Shown here piece by piece: positions 9,573 through 18,500 of a stretch of 64,000 nt of DNA (its first letter is position 1; each line of letters begins with the position of its first letter). Under the pieces are notes generated by a model. It was not told where the DNA came from, searched no databases, and was given only the letters and a program-made list of their open reading frames with translations. The position numbers and the translations under genes are program-made. The stretch is taken from positions 422-64,421 of the forward strand of contig JAWOHR010000212.1 in assembly GCA_046485075.1 (NCBI GenBank), given 5' to 3'. Source of the DNA: Bacteroidales bacterium. GTDB lineage: Bacteria; Bacteroidota; Bacteroidia; Bacteroidales; GCA-2748055.

Positions 9573-10847
9573 TTAATCAGATTCTGAGTCCTCCACATGA
9601 AGGCTTCCCATGATTGTGATATCGGTCAGGTTCGTGTAGTCGTATATGTAAAAACCATCCTCTCCGACGGTAAACAGGAAGGAGGATAGCGGAATCACAT
9701 CAAAGGCATGGATATCGGTGAATTCTGATAGTTTGTGTGAGGTGATTTCATAGGGGTTAGTTGCATCATACACCTTCAGTCCGTGTTCACCTTCGCATAT
9801 GAAGAGGGTGTTATTGTCAATACCCAGACCGTATGGCTCGGTCATTGCATAAGAGGCCACTCTTTTTGGATTATACCTGTCGGCAATATCGATTACCTCC
9901 AACTGATTCTGGGTTCCCCCGCACCAGTTCCCGGAGCGAAGTGTTACATAGGCATAATCCTCCGCCACAACCACCGGGTCGCAAGCCGTAATATGCTGGT
10001 AGGTCGATAAAAGATTGGGCAAGGAAGGTTCTTCCAGGCTAAGGATGTGCATACCCCCGGAGGTTCCCACGTACATGTAACCCTGAGAGATGAAAAGGGT
10101 CTCCACATTTCCCCAGAGGTACAGCTCGTTTTTTACCACCGGCTCGCTGGTTTTACTGATCTCTATACTTTTCAGTTTATAGGTGCTTTCAAGTGTGTAG
10201 AGGTAGTTGTCATAGGTGAGAAACCTGGCCATAGATCCCCCCACTCCATAGGTATTTGCGTTACCTGTGGGTGCCCCGTCTGAACTGAATCTTGAGTTCA
10301 TACCATATTCCCAGAAAACGGGCCAGGGGTAAGGTTGATGGTAAATCTCCCGGGTAATCTCCTTGATATCATACCCCGTAATCACCCCCTTTTTCTGGTC
10401 GATTTCATCCAGTGGATATTGAGAGTCATAGGGTGGTATCACATACTCAAACAACTTTTCGACCCGTTGAATGAGCCGGGGCTGAAGCGGGTCAGCAATA
10501 TCTATCAAAACAAGGTCAATGTAACTGTCGGCATAAAGTACATTGTTTCGAACGGCCATATCCACATTACCTGGTATGGAAATGAATGCGCTGAGTTTAG
10601 GATTGGATGGATCGGTCAGGTCCACCACGTGAATTCCCTCCTGGTATTCATTAATGTACATAAAGGGTTCCATGAAGTAGATCTTACCTGGTTTTTTCAA
10701 CGCTTGTCCCGAATTTATTTCAAAAGAAGAGCGAAGTTCTTCATAGGAAATATAGATCGGAACATTGGCGGTATAGGTCTGCAGTCGTTTATCGGTGCAC
10801 GAGCTTACCGCCATGAGTGTGAAAAAGAGCAGGATGCTGTTTCGCAT
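9573..10847 (-). CDS. LVIVD-repeat beta-propeller lipoprotein
   Basis: Lipoprotein-type signal (LMAVSSC) and repeated LVIVD-like units (IHVVDLTDPSNP, LVLIDIADPLQP, LEVIDIADRYNP, LKVYDATNP). Confidence 0.65.
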   Translation of the reverse strand: MRNSILLFFTLMAVSSCTDKRLQTYTANVPIYISYEELRSSFEINSGQALKKPGKIYFMEPFMYINEYQEGIHVVDLTDPSNPKLSAFISIPGNVDMAVRNNVLYADSYIDLVLIDIADPLQPRLIQRVEKLFEYVIPPYDSQYPLDEIDQKKGVITGYDIKEITREIYHQPYPWPVFWEYGMNSRFSSDGAPTGNANTYGVGGSMARFLTYDNYLYTLESTYKLKSIEISKTSEPVVKNELYLWGNVETLFISQGYMYVGTSGGMHILSLEEPSLPNLLSTYQHITACDPVVVAEDYAYVTLRSGNWCGGTQNQLEVIDIADRYNPKRVASYAMTEPYGLGIDNNTLFICEGEHGLKVYDATNPYEITSHKLSEFTDIHAFDVIPLSSFLFTVGEDGFYIYDYTNLTDITIMGSLHVEDSESD

Positions 10848-10900
10848 AGGTTGATGTTTTTGGATTCCTTTTGAACCTAAGATGCAGTTTAGAAGCTGTC

Positions 10901-10928
10901 GGTTGCGTCACCCACGCAACCTTTTTTT
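10901..10928 (+). terminator. perfect 8-bp hairpin (ggttgcgt-caccc-acgcaacc) plus a T7 run inside a divergent promoter region; function unclear
   Basis: Seen directly in the sequence. It lies 47 nt upstream of the + strand gene that starts at 10975, and no + strand gene lies upstream of it. Confidence 0.3.
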
Positions 10929-10974
10929 CCAGGGGATCATCCTTGAAGAAGCTTCACCCATTTAAGTTTTTAAA

Positions 10975-11724
10975 ATGAAAAACGGCCTCAAATCCCTCTG
11001 CTTAAGTTTACTCCTGATTTTTGTAGTTTCAACCATGGCACCCGCGCAGGAGGTGGACCATATCTATCTCAAATCAGGCAGTGTCATCCAGGGGCGGATT
11101 CTGGAAATTGAGCCGGTTGATCACGTGAAGATAATGGATATGTGCGGTAACATCTGGTATTATGAAATCAGCGAGGTGGAAAAAATAACATCTGAATCCT
11201 TCAATGCCCCGGCACAGTCCAAACAAAAGGGTGGTTTCGATACCGGATTTGTGAACCTGACTTCCATTGGATTTCTGGCGGGTTCCTCCAATAACGAACA
11301 GGTGGCGCCTTTCTCGCTGGTAATGGTGAATGGATGGCGCAGTCAGATTGGAGCTTTTGTGGGTGCAGGTCTGGGGATCGAATTTCTCAATACGAACTAC
11401 CTTCCCATGTTTCTGGATATGAGGTATGACCTGACCGGGCAGGACGTGGTCCCATACCTGGTGGTTAAAGGTGGATATGCACTTCCCATGACTTCAGGTT
11501 ATTCAGAATACGATGTGGAATACACCTACCAGGGTGGTGCCCTGGCTGCAGCGGGAGTCGGACTTAAGATCAGGACCAGGGAGCATCTTGCCTGGGATGT
11601 TGAATTGATGTATCGCTACCAGAAAACCTCAAGATCGGAACAGTATGAGTGGAACAACCAGGAGTATCTTTACACAGATATTTACAACAGGATCGAGATA
11701 AGACTCGGATTCTATATCGACTAA
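10975..11724 (+). CDS. hypothetical outer-membrane beta-barrel protein
   Basis: Signal peptide (LLLIFVVSTMAPAQE), a Gly/aromatic-rich alternating pattern and a C-terminal aromatic residue pattern (RLGFYID). Confidence 0.5.
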   Translation: MKNGLKSLCLSLLLIFVVSTMAPAQEVDHIYLKSGSVIQGRILEIEPVDHVKIMDMCGNIWYYEISEVEKITSESFNAPAQSKQKGGFDTGFVNLTSIGFLAGSSNNEQVAPFSLVMVNGWRSQIGAFVGAGLGIEFLNTNYLPMFLDMRYDLTGQDVVPYLVVKGGYALPMTSGYSEYDVEYTYQGGALAAAGVGLKIRTREHLAWDVELMYRYQKTSRSEQYEWNNQEYLYTDIYNRIEIRLGFYID

Positions 11725-11752
11725 TCCGGCAGTCGGATTGGGTTTTCCTCCC

Positions 11753-11778
11753 GGGGCTGTCTCAAAAGGGACAGTCCC
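11753..11778. terminator. hairpin between convergent genes (candidate bidirectional terminator)
   Basis: ggggctgtc-tcaaaagg-gacagtccc gives a 9-bp stem with one G:U pair. It sits between the stops at 11724 (+) and 11835 (-). Confidence 0.45.
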
Positions 11779-11834
11779 TACTCGATTTTCTTAGGGACTT
11801 TTGAAACGGCCTCATTTTGTGCATTAAACCCGGA

Positions 11835-12407
11835 TTAGGCAGGTGTTTTCCTTGGCCGGCCCACTTTTCCTTTTTTAGTTCTTTTTGGCCGTCCGGGAAT
11901 TTCAACTTTGGCGGCATACTCCTTTCTGATCTTTCCAGGAGAATCGAACCAGTTTTTCAATGCAATATACTTTTCCCGGGTTCCCATTGAGAAGGTATCC
12001 AGCTTATGATCACGGTTTCTGAGCCTGAATACCACGTTGACAACGGCCTGCTTTGTGCTGGTTCTCTTTTGCGGTGAAATCTTGTTAAATGACATGATCT
12101 CATCGGTCAGCTGGTCATAGGTAACCGGTTTATCCATCTGCCGCATGCGTTTCATGACCATCAGTTCCCACTTGGATTTTTTTCCCGGTTTTTTCTTTGT
12201 GCCGATCTCTTTTTTCAAAGGATCAGAAATAATTCCTGCCGTACCTTTAAGCGGTGGTTCAAAGGCTACACCTGCAGGGATCTCCACATTCAGGCGGTTG
12301 AGTACCTGCGTGATATGGAGAATCCTGGCATTGGCTTTTTCATACTCCTCCAGGTAAAATTGTTTCATTTCATTAAGCTCATTATCAGGTATTTGGAGAG
12401 TCTTCAT
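11835..12407 (-). CDS. hypothetical basic protein with C-terminal AT-hook-like GRP motifs
   Basis: 190-aa ORF. It has a Lys-rich linker (GTKKKPGKKSK) and a C-terminal PGRPKRTKKGKVGRPRKTPA tail. Confidence 0.6.
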   Translation of the reverse strand: MKTLQIPDNELNEMKQFYLEEYEKANARILHITQVLNRLNVEIPAGVAFEPPLKGTAGIISDPLKKEIGTKKKPGKKSKWELMVMKRMRQMDKPVTYDQLTDEIMSFNKISPQKRTSTKQAVVNVVFRLRNRDHKLDTFSMGTREKYIALKNWFDSPGKIRKEYAAKVEIPGRPKRTKKGKVGRPRKTPA

Positions 12408-12492
12408 GCGCGGTTTGGAATAAAAGTGGGTCTGTTTAACATAAAAATTACGGAGGATAAAATTAAAATAAACCTTTTATAAAACAAAAATA

Positions 12493-13794
12493 TTATAATT
12501 TCCGAAGGGTAAATCGTAAAAAGAGAAACCCGGCCAGGCCTGCAAATAATGATCCTGCCAGTATACCCACTTTTGATGAGTCGAGCAGCATCTGCTGGTC
12601 AAAAAATGCCAGGTTGGCTACAAAAATTGACATGGTAAAACCAACCCCTGCCAATAAAGCAACCCCTATGATCTGTCCGAACCTGATTCCGGAAGGCAGT
12701 TCGGCGACCCCTGTTTTTACTCCAAGCCAGGAGAAGAGAGAGATTCCCAATAGTTTTCCGGCCACAAGGCTGAGGGCAATGGTTCCGCTCAGTGTAAGAT
12801 CCAGATCCATACCCTCTCCGAAAAGCTGAACACCGGAATTCGAAAGGGCAAAGAGTGGCATAATCAGATAGGCCACCCAGTTGTGAAGTTTGTGTTCCAG
12901 GTGTTGCAGCGGGGATTGAACCTGTTCAGTCCACTCTTCAAGATTATCGATCTCCTCAATCTGGGATTGGGACAAGAGCGGTGAATCGGGATTGCCCGTA
13001 ACCCTGATGGAATCCACCATGGTACAAAGTCCCTCCACGTAGGTATTCAGATCAATTTTTCGCCTGATGGGTATGGTAAATGCAAGCAATACCCCGGCAA
13101 TGGTAGGATGGATGCCTGCTTTCAGAAAAAGCACCCAGATCATAATCCCAAAAACCAGGACGGGACCCCAGACATATATTTTCCTGTGGGAAAGAAAAAA
13201 CAGAATCGCTAAAAGGATCATTGCAATGCCGATTAAAGACCATTTGATCTCTTCGCTGTAAAACAGTGCGATCACCAGTACAGCACCCAGGTCATCGACA
13301 ATGGCAAAAGCAATAAGAAAAATCTTTAGCCCGATGGGCACCTTTTTTCCAAGTAATTTCAATATGGCCAGGGAGAATGCGATATCAGTGGCCATGGGAA
13401 TTCCCCAGGCCCTGGAGGTCTCCTGATTTTGGTTCAGAATAAAAAACAGGATTACCGGAATGGCCATGCCTCCTGCGGCCGCGAAAAGAGGCAAAGACGC
13501 TTTTTTTACTGTATTTAGCTCTCCCAGGAGCAGCTCCCGTTTGATTTCCAGTCCGATAAGAAAGAAGAAAATGGCCATCAGTCCGTCATTGATCCAGAGG
13601 ATCAATGGTTTCACAAGTTCAAATCCTGAACCGCTGATACCAATCTTATATTCCCAGACCGCCAGGAAACGATCAGCCAGTGGCGAATTTGCAAGAATCA
13701 AGGCCAGCAGTGTAGCACTGAAGAGCAGGATCCCGCTAAGGCTCTCGATTTGAACAAATTTCTGAAAGGGTGTAACCTTGAATTTTTTTGCCAT
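12493..13794 (-). CDS. nhaA: Na+/H+ antiporter NhaA
   Basis: NhaA hallmarks (FFFLIGLEIKRELL, MATDIAF, AIVDDLGAV). Start moved to the internal ATG (MAKKFKV) so the gene does not overlap the upstream MaoC gene. Confidence 0.9.
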   Translation of the reverse strand: MAKKFKVTPFQKFVQIESLSGILLFSATLLALILANSPLADRFLAVWEYKIGISGSGFELVKPLILWINDGLMAIFFFLIGLEIKRELLLGELNTVKKASLPLFAAAGGMAIPVILFFILNQNQETSRAWGIPMATDIAFSLAILKLLGKKVPIGLKIFLIAFAIVDDLGAVLVIALFYSEEIKWSLIGIAMILLAILFFLSHRKIYVWGPVLVFGIMIWVLFLKAGIHPTIAGVLLAFTIPIRRKIDLNTYVEGLCTMVDSIRVTGNPDSPLLSQSQIEEIDNLEEWTEQVQSPLQHLEHKLHNWVAYLIMPLFALSNSGVQLFGEGMDLDLTLSGTIALSLVAGKLLGISLFSWLGVKTGVAELPSGIRFGQIIGVALLAGVGFTMSIFVANLAFFDQQMLLDSSKVGILAGSLFAGLAGFLFLRFTLRKL

Positions 13795-13876
13795 GATGGA
13801 TTCCGTTAAAGATGAATATTGTTCCAAAGATTCACTAAACGAGCGGATGAAAGGTTTAAACGGTTCATGATGATCC

Positions 13877-14353
13877 TCAGGAATCCTGTTTAAACTGGTA
13901 AAGGAAAACGACGACCCCTTTGAAGGCCGGCTTCCTTCCATCTTTAATCTCCATAACCACCTCCACTTCAACCTTGGCCGTTCCCCGCAGATTTACAATT
14001 GATTTCAATTTTGCTTTGATCCTGACTTCGCCATTCACCACCACGGGCTCACCAAATTTAAAGTTCTCAATTCCGTAATTTACAAGCATGGTGATGTTAT
14101 TTACCTGGATGATCTGATTCCACAGGTAAGGAAGCAACGATAGACTAAGATATCCATGGGAAATGGTATTGCCGTAGGGGCTCTCCTTTCTGGCCCTATC
14201 GCTGTCCACATGGATCCACTGATGGTCAAGTGTGGCATCGGCAAACTGATCTATCTGCTCCTGGGTGATCCTGTGGTACTCCGATACCCCCAGTTCTTTG
14301 CCTGCAAACCGCTCAAATTCCTCGTAACTGTTAATCATCAATTTTGACATCAT
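13877..14353 (-). CDS. MaoC-like (R)-specific enoyl hydratase/dehydratase (hotdog fold)
   Basis: MaoC pattern (DATLDHQWIHVD...PYGNTISHGYLSLSLL). Start set at the internal Met just after the stop of the upstream gene. Confidence 0.8.
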   Translation of the reverse strand: MMSKLMINSYEEFERFAGKELGVSEYHRITQEQIDQFADATLDHQWIHVDSDRARKESPYGNTISHGYLSLSLLPYLWNQIIQVNNITMLVNYGIENFKFGEPVVVNGEVRIKAKLKSIVNLRGTAKVEVEVVMEIKDGRKPAFKGVVVFLYQFKQDS

Positions 14354-14354
14354 C

Positions 14355-15506
14355 TTACGCTGCTTTATAATTGAATACAGGATTGGCATAGATGTGCAGG
14401 TAAATAATGCGCAGCTCCTCTCTGTCCATTCCCTTCAGGGTTGATATTTTTGCACCCATTGTCTCCATAAATTTCACTTTCTCACTTTCGGTGTAGTTTT
14501 GTATGTACCGGTTGCCTTTTTCAATGATGTCGGCTGCAATATAGTTGTTGGGCCATAATTTATATCCCTGATGGATCTGCCTGTCGATTTCCCTGGCAAT
14601 TTTTTCGATTACTTCATTGTCATGGTGGTGCTCCGATTTGAGTTTGAGAAGATGATCATTCAGCGGTGTGCCAAATGTGAAGTGGATCCTTCCTTTTTCG
14701 CCTGTAATTCCGGCAAGAATACTCATCAGATCCTCATTGGGGGATTTTACATATTTCTCCCTTCTGTCCATGTATAGCTCCCTGACTTTCTGTATATCAC
14801 AAGGTTCAACTTCATAGGAGATGCTGACCGGGACAATGTTCAGACCGGCCAGTGAATCGCAGGTTTGCTCGCTTCCCATTGCCAGCATTTTGATCAGACC
14901 GGTCTGGGTTCGATCATCCCCGTCCTTGGTTCTGCCATTTCGCTGGGCGATCCATATGGACTCTTTCTGCTCCTTTAGCACATAATTGATGTAGGCCGAG
15001 TTGATCATGGCATTTCGATACTGGGTAATCTTTGAACCTCCACGGTAGAAGGTAAACATCTTGTTCAGTTTTCCTAAATCCAGCAGCAGCTGCTCGGTCA
15101 TCAGGTTCTCGCTGAAGGTGATCTGGGATGTTTTATAACCTTTCATGTGCAGCAGGTACTGCATGATTGCGGCGTCAAGCACGATGTCACGGTGATTCGC
15201 CACGAAAAGATAGGGCTTTCCTGGATCAAGCCCCTCACTTCCCGATTGGGTCAGTCCTGCCGAGGTCTTTCCGACAATCGTTTTCACCGTATGATAGGAG
15301 AAGAATTCCTGGAACTGGTCAACACTTTCAATCCTTCGCAGATGATTGGTCAGCTCTTCCGAATCGGCACCTTCGAAAAGGTATTTCAGAACCCCTGCAA
15401 ATCCGGGATGGTTCAGGAGTCTTTCAATGGCCGGCTTTACCTCGTGATCGTAAAAGGGCCTGATCAAATCAAATTGTTCGGATAAATCCATATCCAAATA
15501 TGGCAA
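14355..15506 (-). CDS. PlsC-type glycerolipid/lysophospholipid acyltransferase
   Basis: HX4D acyltransferase motif (ANHRDIVLDA) in a 383-aa protein. Confidence 0.75.
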   Translation of the reverse strand: MPYLDMDLSEQFDLIRPFYDHEVKPAIERLLNHPGFAGVLKYLFEGADSEELTNHLRRIESVDQFQEFFSYHTVKTIVGKTSAGLTQSGSEGLDPGKPYLFVANHRDIVLDAAIMQYLLHMKGYKTSQITFSENLMTEQLLLDLGKLNKMFTFYRGGSKITQYRNAMINSAYINYVLKEQKESIWIAQRNGRTKDGDDRTQTGLIKMLAMGSEQTCDSLAGLNIVPVSISYEVEPCDIQKVRELYMDRREKYVKSPNEDLMSILAGITGEKGRIHFTFGTPLNDHLLKLKSEHHHDNEVIEKIAREIDRQIHQGYKLWPNNYIAADIIEKGNRYIQNYTESEKVKFMETMGAKISTLKGMDREELRIIYLHIYANPVFNYKAA

Positions 15507-15512
15507 TTTATC

Positions 15513-16799
15513 CTAAGTTTTCCGCCTGTCCATAAAAGTTACCGGTTTTCTGCTCAGGTTGGGGTTTTGCATCCGGGTTACCTCTTTTGGATTCATAAAC
15601 TGTATGGAAGGGGCCACCCGAAGCCTTGCCCTGAAGTGGTCCTTGATCCTTTTCTCAACGGAAGGGGTTGGAGTTCCACTTCCAATGATCACCAGGATAT
15701 CATCTGTATCGATGCTGTTGGTGGAAACGACTACGATGTAATTCTCAACCTCCTCGATTTCGTTCAGAATTTCATAGAACGCCGGCGGATAGAGGGTGGT
15801 CCCTTTGTATTTGATCATCTGGTTCTTCCTGCCTTCAATGGGCCCAACCCGAAGGGTACTCCTGCCACAACTGCATCTTTGAGTGAAATGGTGACAAATA
15901 TCTCCTGTTTTAAAGCGTACCAGGGGCATTCCTTCAACAGCCAGACTGGTGATGGTGACCTCGCCCAGTTCTCCCTGACCTACAGGATTGTTCTCCTGAT
16001 CAAGGAACTCCACCACAATCATTTCAGGGTTCAGATGCCCCCCTGCCCCGGCATGGCACTCGGTAAAGGCAGCCCCCATTTCCGTGGAGGCATAGGTGGA
16101 GTATAGTTTGATGTCCCAGTTTTTTATAATCCGCCGGCCCAGTTTATTGAGTCTGAAGTTGCTATCCCGGATGGGCTCGCCAATGCAAACGACACTCTTA
16201 ACCGAGGTGGCAGATAGGTCGATTTTTTGCTCCCTGGCGTAATCGATCAGTTTCAGGAGGAAAGAAGGAACCGTGACCAGAACAGTTGGGGATGTGCGTT
16301 GAATCGTGTCAAATTGCAGGAGTAAATTACCGGGTCCGACCCTGATGATTCCAGCACCCAGTTTCCGAAGGCCCAGAAAATAGGCCATGCCCGCCATGAA
16401 CCTGCGATCAAGGGTCAGCATCAGCTGGTAGATATCCCGGCTCGATCCATCGGCACAGATGAATGAAGCATACTCGTTATCGGCCAGTCGCTGCAGGTCC
16501 CTCTCTGTGGCTACGAAGGTGATTGGGCTGCCGGTGGTTCCCGATGTGGTCATGTAATCGATGATCTTTTCATGCTCCACGCAAAGAAAATCCATATTGC
16601 GCTGCTGAAGATGCTCTTTGGTGGTGACTGGCAATGAGGTCAGATCCTCAATAGAATGGATGGATTCTGCATTTAACCCGGCCAGGTGTTCACGATAGAA
16701 AGGGGAGTACTTCATCACGTATTCCATCTGTGATGAAAGAAGTTGAGATTGAACTTCCTGGATCTCTGAAATGGTTTTATAGGGTAGTTCCCTGTCCAT
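15513..16799 (-). CDS. adenylate-forming ligase of the phenylacetate-CoA ligase / F390 synthetase family (candidate aryl-acid activating enzyme)
   Basis: AMP-binding core motif (TTSGTTGSPITF), PaaK-like length and a C-terminal small domain. Confidence 0.8.
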   Translation of the reverse strand: MDRELPYKTISEIQEVQSQLLSSQMEYVMKYSPFYREHLAGLNAESIHSIEDLTSLPVTTKEHLQQRNMDFLCVEHEKIIDYMTTSGTTGSPITFVATERDLQRLADNEYASFICADGSSRDIYQLMLTLDRRFMAGMAYFLGLRKLGAGIIRVGPGNLLLQFDTIQRTSPTVLVTVPSFLLKLIDYAREQKIDLSATSVKSVVCIGEPIRDSNFRLNKLGRRIIKNWDIKLYSTYASTEMGAAFTECHAGAGGHLNPEMIVVEFLDQENNPVGQGELGEVTITSLAVEGMPLVRFKTGDICHHFTQRCSCGRSTLRVGPIEGRKNQMIKYKGTTLYPPAFYEILNEIEEVENYIVVVSTNSIDTDDILVIIGSGTPTPSVEKRIKDHFRARLRVAPSIQFMNPKEVTRMQNPNLSRKPVTFMDRRKT

Positions 16800-16811
16800 G
16801 ATGATCTGTTT

Positions 16812-18500
16812 TTATCTGATTCCTTTATCAATACTCTCCATTGCCTCCTTCACCTGCTTTCTGTCAACTTCCCTGGGAATCTCCCTGGATAATGATTGCT
16901 TATACATTTCAGAGGCACGCTGCAACTCACCATTGATGCGAAAGATCTCCCCGGCTATAAACCAGGGGTAATAGTAGAAGGGATTCAACCCGAGGTAAGC
17001 CTCTAATTCTGCATTGCTGACACTCCCTGCAACCCCCTGCTCAATATGGGCTTTAAGCCGCAGTGTTTCTCTGGTATATTCCCTGTATGACCTAAACTGC
17101 TCTGAATCAAGGAAAGGATCGGGTGCGATGCTCCGCTTTTCCAGCCAGATCTGGTCCGATACCCCGGTAGAATCTGCAAAAACACTGTTCAGATCGTAAC
17201 AAAGATAGGTTCCCAGCTGGTAGGGGGAGGTGGAGACCCACATCTTTAGTTCAGAGGGCTTGAATATGACCGAATGGTGGGCAATAAGCTGATTCACAGC
17301 TTTCTCATTCCCCATACCAATGGGTTTACCACCCATACCGTTCTGATCTCTCAGCAAAAGGGCAAAGGAGTTCTGGTCGTGTTTTTGGGTGGACTCCATC
17401 AACTCCAGGGTTCTTTCCCATCGGTACATAGAGGCTCCCTCAGCAATGTTTCTCAGGGTCAACTCTGAATTCCGGAAGGTTTCACTCTGAAAATGGTTTG
17501 TAAGTACCAGGTAATCTCCACCGGGATCGTAAAGTGCAATATTGCTGGGCGATTTTTCGATCACCACGGTCCTGTTGTCAGATGCAGAACTTACCAAAAA
17601 GGATTCAGAAACAAAGGTTTCTGAGTTCCCGGCAATCTCGTAAGCCTCCGAAATGTTCGATGCGTATTGAAGAATCTGCCGCGCAAGTATGGAAACGGGT
17701 GTTTTTGAGGACCCTGGAATGCCCGATTTTGCTGCGTTAAGTGTTACTACCAGCCCCTGGTCGTTCATTCCCGAAACCACTCCGATCATTCCTCCCCATG
17801 TAACAGAAGCAAATCTGTATCCTTTTTCCGGCTTGTAGAAGGCGATGATTTTTTCCCTGGCAAATTTTTCACCCATTGAAAAATCGAAGTTTCTTCCTAC
17901 CATAAGGTTGCCATCTGCCGACCGCTGGCCATTTACCTCAAGTGCCGTGCAGGCAACCAGGTTCATGTTTTGCAGTGCATGCCCCAGATCATGTGCAGCG
18001 TGGTAGCTGAGTATTCTCTGGTAAGCCGGACCAATGAAATTGAACGAATCGGAGGCATAAAGGGCAACACCATAGATTTCCCTTTGGTACTCAACCGGTA
18101 TATGACGGTCCAGGTTCCTGTTCATCCATACAACGACCTGTTTCAGGAAATTGAGGTAGATATCCGAAGGAACCATCTCCCTGAGTTTCTCCACGAAAAC
18201 CTCTTCCTGGTATCGGATCAGGTCCCTGGCCAGAATGCCGTTCTTTACCCCAAGCTGGAAATCTGATCCTTCGAGGTACATCTCCCAAAGCCCGTAGCTG
18301 TTCTGCTTCAACCAGCTCTCCTGGCATGTATATTGACGATCTCCCACCTCAATCCGGTCGGGTAGAGGCTCAGTTTCCCCTTCGCCTGTTGGGGGGTGTA
18401 CAGGCGTGATCAATTTGAACAATACCACGAGCAAAATAATCATCCATAAAAGGCCAATGGCCCACCTTGCCCATGTGTGTCCTGGTTTTCTTTTATTCAT
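16812..18500 (-). CDS. membrane-anchored C45-family (Ntn, acyl-CoA:6-APA acyltransferase-like) acyltransferase/hydrolase with a TPR-like tail
   Basis: N-terminal TM helix (WAIGLLWMIILLVVLF). Candidate autoproteolytic/nucleophile Cys in NLVACTAL, followed by GRNFDF. Helical-repeat C-terminus. Confidence 0.55.
   Translation of the reverse strand: MNKRKPGHTWARWAIGLLWMIILLVVLFKLITPVHPPTGEGETEPLPDRIEVGDRQYTCQESWLKQNSYGLWEMYLEGSDFQLGVKNGILARDLIRYQEEVFVEKLREMVPSDIYLNFLKQVVVWMNRNLDRHIPVEYQREIYGVALYASDSFNFIGPAYQRILSYHAAHDLGHALQNMNLVACTALEVNGQRSADGNLMVGRNFDFSMGEKFAREKIIAFYKPEKGYRFASVTWGGMIGVVSGMNDQGLVVTLNAAKSGIPGSSKTPVSILARQILQYASNISEAYEIAGNSETFVSESFLVSSASDNRTVVIEKSPSNIALYDPGGDYLVLTNHFQSETFRNSELTLRNIAEGASMYRWERTLELMESTQKHDQNSFALLLRDQNGMGGKPIGMGNEKAVNQLIAHHSVIFKPSELKMWVSTSPYQLGTYLCYDLNSVFADSTGVSDQIWLEKRSIAPDPFLDSEQFRSYREYTRETLRLKAHIEQGVAGSVSNAELEAYLGLNPFYYYPWFIAGEIFRINGELQRASEMYKQSLSREIPREVDRKQVKEAMESIDKGIR

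Noticed and set aside
13795-13971. 59-codon N-terminal extension of the nhaA ORF (MKWRWLWRLK...)
   Set aside because: The extension overlaps the 3' end of the MaoC dehydratase gene and has no similarity to NhaA N-termini. The internal ATG at 13794 gives a canonical NhaA start.
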